In this document: positions 54,129 through 64,000 of the stretch, piece by piece
Layout: the number at the start of each line of letters is the position of its first letter
Numbering within the stretch: the first letter of the stretch is position 1
Origin: Carcharhinus amblyrhynchos
Lineage: Eukaryota
Length of the DNA stretch: 64,000 nucleotides
Direction of reading: 5' to 3'
Assembly: GCA_965287045.1 (NCBI GenBank)
Contig: OZ336873.1
Location: 21,948,001-22,012,000 of the forward strand
Made by a program: the position numbers and the translations under genes
Notes under the pieces: model-generated
What the model saw: the letters and a program-made list of their open reading frames with translations, nothing else
What the model was told of the DNA's origin: nothing
The model's database searches: none

Positions 54129-54833
54129 TAGACATTTCCTCCTTTGAATAACTTTCTATTAGTTCATGGTAAATTGCACTGTTTTGGTATGTACATCAGC
54201 ATTTATTTTGGATGGCACACTAAATAATTGTAAAGTAATTTAAATGGTTTAAATGTATTTGTTCTGAATACAGGCTTCCCTATTTTCATTAGTTCGTGAC
54301 CCATCTAGGTATAATTTAAGACTTTTGATCTGTTTGTTGAAAAATTAAGTAGATTTTGACCCAACTTATAATTGCTTTTTGCCAATCATCTTTTCACTGT
54401 GTGTATAATAAAATCTAGCGACGTTTCAGGTTAATATTTTTTTAAAAAAGGATCTTGTGCAGCATCTCCCAATTTTTTTTGTATGTCATATATTGTCCAT
54501 CTGTTTGGATGTTCGGAGAGAAGATGTTAGAGAAGCTTTTGTTTCAAGACAGCCTGAAATGAAATGAAACCTGCCAGCCTTTGCTTACACACATTGGTAA
54601 AGAATACCATTGTTTTCTTTTCCAAGGTGGTGCCATTTGGAAGTTTGCATTTACTGAAGCATTTTAAACACAATATTGTTTATTTGCTCTCATTTCCCCT
54701 TTGTGAAATTACCAGGATAAATCAGCAACAGAATACATCATCCTTCCCCATTGTCCTCTTCAGTTGCAACACTTGTAAATTAGTCAATAATTACCTGCCG
54801 TGAATCATAATGTTGCTTTGCACTATAAATTAA

Positions 54834-55055
<222 letters not shown>

Positions 55056-55404
55056 TGAGTTCTGTAACATATCTGTCAATGTCTGAAGTGTTAATTATTT
55101 TGTTCAATCACTGAAACCCATCAAAATTTGTGATTTATATTTTTCCAATAGGTTTAAAAATGATCAAAGTTAAATTTAAAACTCATTCCATTAACAGCTG
55201 AACTTGGAACTTTATCCTGCTCAAAGACTGGCCCCTTGGTTGGTCAAAGGTATTAATTCTGTGACTTTCTTCCACATTGATGAAGAAGCGTTTGTGAACT
55301 TGTTCTATTCAGTTACTTTCATCTTCTGCCCTGCTTATCACTAGGGGTATTCTTTCCCACATTGGGAAATGGAAGTAGCATTGAACAGCATCATTTCCCT
55401 TACT

Positions 55405-55708
55405 AGAATCCTTCCCAGAAGGAGGCCATTTGGCCCATCAAGTCTGCACCAACTCTCTGACATGATCTGTCACCCAGGCCCTATTCCCATAACCCTACAC
55501 AGTTAACATGGCTAGTCCATCCAGCTGACACAAAGGGGCAATTTTACCATGGCCAATTCACCTAACATACACATCTTTGAACTGTGGTAGGAAATCCACA
55601 CAGACATGGGGAGAATATGGAAACTCCACACAGACAGTCACCCAAGGCTGGAATTGAACCCTGGTCCCTGGCACTGTGAGGCAGGATTGTGAACCACTGT
55701 GCCACCCA
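55405..55708 (-). mobile_element. HE1/V-SINE
   Basis: Head, V-domain and tail. Confidence 0.8.
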
Positions 55709-56017
55709 AGATGATGATCAAAGGAGCAGTATTCAGTTGTTGGAATGTTTTTCAGCCATACCTCCAAATTGGTGCCCAAGAAGGGAAAGGGAGTCAATAA
55801 TTGCCACTTGGCAGAAGCTGAATTTTAACAAGGGCATGTGATTGTTGAGATGGTACATGATTAGATTTAGCCCTGATGCTTTTTATGGCTAAAAAGCTTC
55901 CTACATTTGCTATCTAGGCTTGTGTATTCAGGCAGGACATGAGGTATCTGCCAGATGTTTGCAAGAAAAGTGGAGAAAGTATAAAGGAAAATAACTACAG
56001 GCCAGTCAGTGTCTTAA

Positions 56018-56209
<192 letters not shown>

Positions 56210-56404
56210 TAAGCTGACAATGTAGAGGCAATTCTTTATTATCAGGCAAAGTTTAGTTGATTTTTTTTCCTTCTCTTTGATTGTGTTAGTATATTTGATT
56301 TTGGAGGGGGGCTGTAATTAAATCCTTTTGTAATTGGACTGTAAATTAATCTGCAGTTTGGATTGAAATGATAATTCGGCTGGCTTTTGTAGCTATAGTT
56401 CATA

Positions 56405-56870
56405 CAAAAACATAGAAGATAGGAAGATAAGGAGGAGGCCATTTTGGCCCTTCGAGCTATTCATTACAATCATGGCCGATTGTTCAACTCTGTAGCCTAA
56501 TCCTGCTTTGTCTCCATAATCTTTGATCCTATTTGACCAAAGTGCTATATCCAGCTGCCTCTTAAATATATTCAATGTTTTGGCATCAGCTACTTCCTTG
56601 AGTAATGAATTCCACAGGCTTACCACTGTAAGGGTGACAATGTCTCCTCACCTCCTTCCTAAATGGTCTACCCTGAATCCACAGACTGTGACCCCTTGTA
56701 CTGGACTTCCCCACCATTGGGAATATCCTCCCTGCATCTACCCTGTCTAGTCCCGTTAGAATTCTATAAGCCTCCATGAGATCCCCCCCCCTCATTCGTC
56801 TGAACTCCAGTGAAAACAATTCCAACCTAGTCAATCTCCCCTCATACATCAGTCTTGCCATCCCTGGTAA
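56405..56870 (-). mobile_element. CR1 3' fragment
   Basis: LELFSLEFRRMRG.DL...RIFPMVGKSSTRGHSL. Confidence 0.85.
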
Positions 56871-57101
56871 ACCTGGCTGATTCAGTACAACACAATCTGT
56901 CCATCTATTGAATTGAACTGTCTACAGGTTATGGCATGGGATTATTGCAATTTTTTTTGATTCAGCATGATCTAGAGTTCTGCTAAAACTTCGTTGAAGA
57001 CATTTGATACCAATGTCAGACACGACAGCATGTCATATGATGTTGACATAACCTGTACCCTGACTCCACTAAGTGTGCTTTTGAATTTCTTAAAGGAGTG
57101 A

Positions 57102-57611
<510 letters not shown>

Positions 57612-57696
57612 ATCGTGTAGTGCTTTTTAAAAAAAAATAGAACTTCAACTTGAACACTCGGTATCAAGTGGGATTGTTAATACTTCGGCTTTCTCT

Positions 57697-57702
57697 AATA
57701 AA
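57697..57702 (+). terminator. Candidate PSMD7 polyadenylation signal AATAAA
   Basis: AATAAA 86 nt after the stop, followed by a GT-rich tract (ttgtgtttg). Other AATAAA at 57607 and 58042. Confidence 0.5.
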
Positions 57703-60064
57703 AGGGCCAAAATTTACAGCCATTGTGTTTGCATGGGACAGTTTTCTGTATCTGTACAATGTACATGTTCAATCTTGAAACATCATAAATATTGCTTTAC
57801 TAATACTGTTCTAAGTCTGTTATTCATTTAAAGTACTGAGAATAACGAATACCATCTGCTTCCAAATATAACTCATGCTTTATTTTCTGTAATATGAATA
57901 TATCCTGGCAGCAGCACAGTGGAGGTATGTTATAAAAATTGATAAACTTTAATCTGAAACCCAAACAATTGGAAATTTGCACTCTGGCTTCCTCTGGAGA
58001 ATGAATTGATTTCACTTTTAATTTGGTTGGCTGAGTGAGTGAATAAAACAAGAGCCAGAATGAGAGATGGCACTGCTTGTTAGTACACTGGTTTTTCAAC
58101 TTTGCAGTCAACCCAAGACTAATTGGCTGGATTTGTAGTCTGCTGGAAAGAATTTATCTTTAATTGATAGTTAATGCAAAGACTACCTAATGTGGATCTA
58201 ATCACAACTGACCACAAATTGGAACAAGTTAGCAACTTCATTAAGTACAGTTGCTGAGAAAGTGGAAAATTTCACAGGCAATCTATGATTGAAAAATATC
58301 CACACCATATCTATCATTCCTTGAACTAACTTGGGAATGTATGTTGCTGACTTTGGTGATAAGTGTCTATTCCTTAACACCTGAATTCTATTACTTTGTG
58401 GAAAATTATTTTCCAAATGAAAACTTTAATACAATAAGAAAACAGACACTGGATGACATTTAGTGCTGCATGGGTGCATCAATCAAGGAATGGCATTGAC
58501 TGTGCAATATTGGAACTAAGTAATGTTTAGTCGATGTTGATTTTAGTTGTCTGTTGCAGTAAAAGTTTTAGAACTTAATCTTGTTATGTGAATCCCTTAA
58601 GTTAGTCACTGATCATTCAGATCATAGTTATCAATCTGTACAGGGATACTTACAAAGGGATTTCCTTAATTAAATTCAAAATAGCAACTGAAATACTATC
58701 GAATCTACAATGAAATTACTTACTGGAAATTCAAAGGATATTCAAAGAATGTTGTGCATTTCAGATAATATATAATACTTTGATTAAACTAATGCTGTAT
58801 TAGAATATTAAGATAAAAATATGATTTTAAAAATCCCTCCATTATGGTTAAGTAAATTGGTTATAGCAGCAAATGTAAATTTTATTCCCCCAAATCCCTG
58901 ATTCCTTCTAATACTGAAGTCTAGATGCAAAGCAAAATATAGCTTATGTTCTCCATAAAGCAACTTGACTGCCCACAGAAGCATTTTGGCATAAATGTAA
59001 TCTGTATTGCCACCAATTTTCCATAGTGGAAGACTATCACTATGTAGGTCTTTATGGACAATCTGCTACATTTTAGTGCATGAAACTCGTATAGATTTAA
59101 TGCATTTTGTCCAGATGGGTAATTAACTGCAGCACATCTCGTGCTTCGATAAACAGTTTGTATTACAAATGGGGTACTTCCTGTGCCATTTATGTTCCTG
59201 AGCTACCATGAGGGAATTTCACCAGAACTTCATTGCAGTGTTAATGTAAGCCTTACATGTGAATAAAAAATAAACTTTAACTTTACAGGGTAGGAGTAAA
59301 ATCAGGAGCCATAAATGGCTGCTACATTATTGCTATGTACAGGAAAACTCTCTTCTGGGTAATTGTAGTTGAAAACACACTGCTTTTATTCTCCTGCTCC
59401 ACCGTGACCAATAGCAATCCAACAAGCTGCAGCCATGTAACTTATACAGAATTACAGTAGGTCATCTGGCAACTTTCCATGCTCTATATCCAATCAGTCC
59501 ATGCTTCACTTGCACTTCCTCCCATTTTTCCTCTTAATCTACCATTATAATGCTCTATGGATCCCTTGTATGCTTTCCTCTTAAATATGTCCAAACTATT
59601 TGACCACAAGCACGACGGTTTTACCATTCTGGGCAATGAATTTTCTTATGAATTCCATAAAGAACTTCTGGTGACAATTGGACATTGATGACTTCCAGTT
59701 GTGCTCTATCATTACAAGAGTAAACATTGTATCTATTCACCCAATCAAAGCCTTTCATAATTTTAAATAGATAGGTTTAGAAAGCAAAGTGAGTAAACAA
59801 GAAACAAAGGTTAACTTCTGTGAAGTGGGTAATTTCCAAGCTGTGGAAACCATGCAAGTGGCGCAAGTGAAAAGGCTGTGGGAACGGAGACTCATAGAAA
59901 CACAGACTCTGTGAAATATTAGAGAAGCTATTGCTCAAAAAAAAGGATAAGTTCCAGGAAAAGGGAAACGCTGGCATTGTTAGCTGAGGTATTCTCTAGC
60001 ATTGTGCAAGGAAGGAAGGAAGGAGGGAGGGGAAACTGAAGAAGGGATAAAACCTGGGAACCAA

Positions 60065-61020
60065 CCAAAAATGGCTGGGAAAGATAGCCCCATGAATGTA
60101 TTTGATGAGGATTGTGAGACTTGGAATTCATACAAAGAAAAATGTTTTCTTCTTTCCCGCCGAAGACGGTGAGAAAGGTGAAAGAATTTCACAGTTTTTG
60201 GTGACCTTATGAAAGCTAGCTAAAAATTATGAATTTGGTGCAATGCTTGATGGTAATCTTCACAGTAGGTTGGTATGTGATTGGGTTGGTGTGGCATTCC
60301 AGAATGAAGGTATTGGAGAAAGCTGCTTGTGGAAAGAACATTGCCACTGCTGATTTTCAGGGTAATGGCAATGGAGCTCGCTGCAAAAGAGGTTTCACAG
60401 ATACAAGTTGGGAGAAGTTCCGCAAAATGAAGCTCACTAAAAATAAGGCTGCAATTCACCGATCTGTGCAAGTTCCTAGACACTCAGCAGAGGAATGCTG
60501 GAGTAGGGAAAACAAGTGCAAGAACTGGGGGAAAAGGGCCATACTGGCAAAGCAGCTTGGACATGACAAACTTCTTTTACATCAAAAATTAGTACATACA
60601 AAAAACATTCACATCTACAGGAAAAAAAAAATCGACCAGATGTCGGGCAAAGATGAAGGCACCTTAAAAGAAATGTTCCAAAACAAGTTCAAGAGTTGAT
60701 ACTAGGAGTATTGTCAGTACAAGGCAATTGACAATATTTTTGGGTATTCCCAAACCATGATGGTAAGCGAATCAAAATGCAGTGGATATGGGGCTCTGAT
60801 AGCTGAGACAATATGAGCAGAAGTTAAAGCATTTACCATTGAACCCATCTAATGTTATCTTAAGGACATACATACACAGAAGAGGTCGTACCATGAAAGG
60901 GTACATTAATGTAAATGTGGAAGTGAACGGACAAACAGTGGAGTTGTCTCGATGTTGTTCACAGATACTTTTCTGTTTTCTTTGGTGGAACATGGTTGGG
61001 ATAAGTCAAACTCAATACTG
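60065..61020 (+). mobile_element. Gypsy gag-protease relic
   Basis: FDEDCETWNSY gag start, decayed zinc knuckle, LRTY...MKGYINVNVEVNGQ..L protease tail. Confidence 0.6.
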
Positions 61021-61442
61021 ACAGCAACCTGTCCCTTTATGTGCTTTCTCGACTTCACGTGTGTTCAGGGCCATCCAAAAGGATCACTTTATCCCTGTCC
61101 CCTTTCTTTCTAACTGATGTAATTCCTCTGTTAGGTAGTCCAACTGCTCCTTCTGTTGCAAAATGGTAAATTCAAAATTCTTTCCAGGGTCTCCAATTGT
61201 ATATCTTTCTATTCCAATGTAGTTTATTAATTAATTTGTTTTTTTTCTAGGTCTTTATAGTTATTTTCTAAATATTCCTTGGCAGTTATATAGCAGTTTG
61301 ACTTCTTTGGTGTCAGAATTTGTTGTAATTTTGGTTTTATGATTATTGTGGTAGTTATGCTATTGCAAAAACCATTGTCATTTACTTATTTCCATGTCAG
61401 TGCAAGCTGGCTAGATTCATTATCCCAGCAGTTTATTAAGAA

Positions 61443-61792
61443 CGAACATAAGAACTAGGAACAGGAGTAGGCCATCTGGCCCCTCGAGCCTGCTCCGCCA
61501 TTCAATAAAATCATGCCTGATCTTTTTGTGGACTCAGCCCCACTTACCTGCCCGTTCACTATAACCTTTAATTCCTTTACTGTTCAAAAATGTATCCATC
61601 CATGTCTTAAAAATATTCAATGAGGTAGCCTCAACTGCTTCACTGGGCAGGGAATTCCACAGATTCATAACCCTTTGTGTGAAGAAGTTCCTCCTCAATT
61701 CAATCCTAAATCTGCTTCCCCTTATTTTGAGGCTATGCCCTCTAGTTCTAGTTTCACCCGCCAGTAGAAATAACTTGCCTGCTTCTATCTTA
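61443..61792 (-). mobile_element. CR1 3' fragment
   Basis: Reverse complement of the CR1 3' UTR with (ttcttatg) tail. Confidence 0.88.
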
Positions 61793-61864
61793 ATGATGGG
61801 GCAGTTTCATCAAACAATCTTATTTCCTGTCATTGTCCTTTCCTTCTATCTGCAGTAGTAAAAT

Positions 61865-62210
61865 GTTTCTGCTCCTCAGTCTCCATCTTGAGATCACATA
61901 ATACTACTGACTGATTTACATCGTCCCTCTCATAGATGACGAGCTGCTGTTGACAGTCCAACAGTTTACCCTCGCTTAATTTCAACAACTCAGGAACAGG
62001 CTCCAAATCAGGCAACTTTTCTTGCATCTGTATCTGCACCTGCCCACTTTCCTTATTTACAACATCTTCCAGTAACTTGTTCTCCTTCACTGCCTTTGCC
62101 AGTTTCACATTGAACTCATCTACCTCCATTTATGTCTTCACTAACTGACATTTGTAATTATCTACCAGCCTTTCATAGTGTTTGATTCAGACTTTCAGCT
62201 GCTACATCTC
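61865..62210 (-). pseudogene. ODF2-like (outer dense fibre 2/cenexin) processed pseudogene fragment
   Basis: QLKV*IKHYERLVDNYKCQLVKT*MEVDE...KENKLLEDVVNKE...LPDLEPVPELLKLSEGKLLDCQQQLVIYER resembles the ODF2 coiled coil as I recall it; two in-frame stops, no introns. Confidence 0.7.
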
Positions 62211-62214
62211 AAAA

Positions 62215-62888
62215 TGAGCAAATATCAGCTTCAGCTTCTGAATCTGTGCAAGCTTGAGGTGGATTAAGTATATATTGATATTGCTTATTTGGAACAGCAT
62301 TTTCAACACCTACAGCATGCACAACTTACTTTAGTACTTCCCAGTTTGTTCCCACATATAGCTTGTGTGATTATAGTAACTCTTTCAGGTCAGGTTGATT
62401 TTCCTCTGCAAGGTAACTCAGTAATTTTTCCTAATTTCTGATTGGACAAAGAGGAAACAATCTAATTTGAGGAATGTCAAATTCAGAATCATCTGGATTT
62501 GATTCTTCACTCTGAGTTGTAACAACCAACACATACTATCAAAATACAATTTGAGCATATTTATGTGACAGACTCTGAGAATCTTCCTTCTATCTGGCAT
62601 TCTTATCAAATAATTCACTTCGTTCAATATTCTTTTGATTTAATAAGGCCCTTTAAACCTTGTTTTTAATGGTTCATCCACCACTGGTAATATTTTCTCC
62701 CCACTAACAAAATTACAAACTCTTGATCTTTTATCTGTTTTTTTCATCATACGCTGTGCTCCTTTTGAATACTGTCTAGCCAATTCACCAGCCCAAGTTA
62801 CTCTCTCCCTAAAGTTTGACACATAATCCAACAATGTAATCTCAGTCTCCTTGATAAATTTAAGTGGCCTCTCACTTCATAACCAAAA
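62215..62888 (-). mobile_element. Gmr1-type Gypsy pol relic (integrase C-terminus followed by RT start)
   Basis: LDYVSNFRER...PLKTRFKGPY, NYLIRMPDRRK..RVCHINMLK, then LSYLAEE...LKELL...HAVGVENAVP...Y.LNP. Confidence 0.7.
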
Positions 62889-63591
62889 AGACAAGATCTT
62901 GCATTTATATTGCACCTTTCACATCTTCAGGACATCAAGGTATTTCACAGCCTGATCTTTACTTGTGAATTGGTATGACATGCAGGCAAACGAGCAGCCA
63001 GTTTGTATAAAGGTCCCATAAATAGCAACAACAATCAGTTAGTTAACCGTTTATTGACTACATTTGTTGAATAGTACCTTTGGATCCTTTTAAATCATTT
63101 GATTTAATACACAAGCAAAATACTGTAGATGCATGAGCAAATTCCATGGACAAAAAAATCAGAGTTAACATTTCAGGTCAAAAAGTTAGACAGTACAGAG
63201 GCAGGGAACAAGGGAGTGGGAGAAAAGAACACAAGGGAAGATCTGTGGTAGGGTGGAAAACAAGAGAGGGAGTTGCTGACAATGCAGCTTTTTCTCCATA
63301 CTGTAACAATAATGTGCAATACTATTGATTAGAGTAAGGTTTTATCTCATGATTTGCAAGAGTACTGTCATATAAGTAAATTTAACACCCAGAACGGATA
63401 AAAGTCAACTTAACAACTGTTGATAGATCTGCTAAAGAAATCAAGACACAGCATCTTTGAAAAAAATAAGCAAGACTTTCCTACCAGTTTTCATTTGTCA
63501 ATTATGGAAGGTATCAGCAGGTGGCAGCATTGTTCCAACCATCAAAATAATTTCAACAAAAAAACAGAAAATGCTGTAAATTCTCAGCAAT

Positions 63592-64000
63592 GATGTGGAG
63601 ATGCCAGCATTGGACTGGGGTAAACACAGTAAGAAGTCTCACAGCACCAGGTTAAAGTCCAACAGGTTTATTTGGTCACACAAGCCACTAGCTTTCAGAG
63701 CACTGCTCCTTTATCAGGTGAGTGGGAATTCTGTCCTCATTTGTGTTGTCATTTTGTTCCTTGGGCAGTGCCGGGGGCCCAAGATGGCAATGCCTGGGGG
63801 CATCCCCCCAGGCACCCAACCCTCTGGGGGGGCTTCAATGCCCCTCACCCCCGCCCCCTTCACTTCAGTGGAGAGCTTTACAAAACCCCACTGTGGTGAA
63901 CCACTCCTGTTTCAGAACTGGTTGAGAACAGAACTTCCACTCACCTGATGAAGGGAAATGCTCCAAAAGCTAGTAGCTTGTGCTACCAAATAAACCTGTT
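63592..64000. mobile_element. Penelope-like inverted termini with degenerate hammerhead motifs, enclosing a MITE fragment
   Basis: Inverted arms 63661-63739 and 63923-64000; CTGATGA...(G)AAAGCTA motif. Confidence 0.7.

Overview
Eukaryotic genomic DNA from a cartilaginous fish, inferred from HE1/V-SINE-type SINEs and abundant CR1 LINEs. Two housekeeping genes sit head-to-head on one small CpG island (~47.5-47.9 kb). DHX38/PRP16 (spliceosomal DEAH helicase, - strand) has 20 coding exons traced here (1002 codons) and its 3' end runs off the left edge. PSMD7/Rpn8 (26S proteasome lid, + strand) is complete: 7 exons, 318 aa. Introns and the downstream region are filled with decayed transposons (CR1, L2, RTE, Rex1/Babar, Penelope, Gypsy/Gmr1, SINEs, MITEs). 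I found no convincing wholly new system. Best leads: (1) an intronless ODF2-like mRNA fragment fused into a Gmr1-type Gypsy element; (2) an inverted pair of Penelope termini whose consensus rebuilds a minimal hammerhead ribozyme; (3) a DHX38-PSMD7 promoter pairing that differs from human; (4) inverted young CR1 copies bracketing DHX38 exons 3-7; (5) a GC-AG intron in DHX38. Exon coordinates were read base by base. Repeat boundaries are approximate, and family names come from recognition, not database searches.
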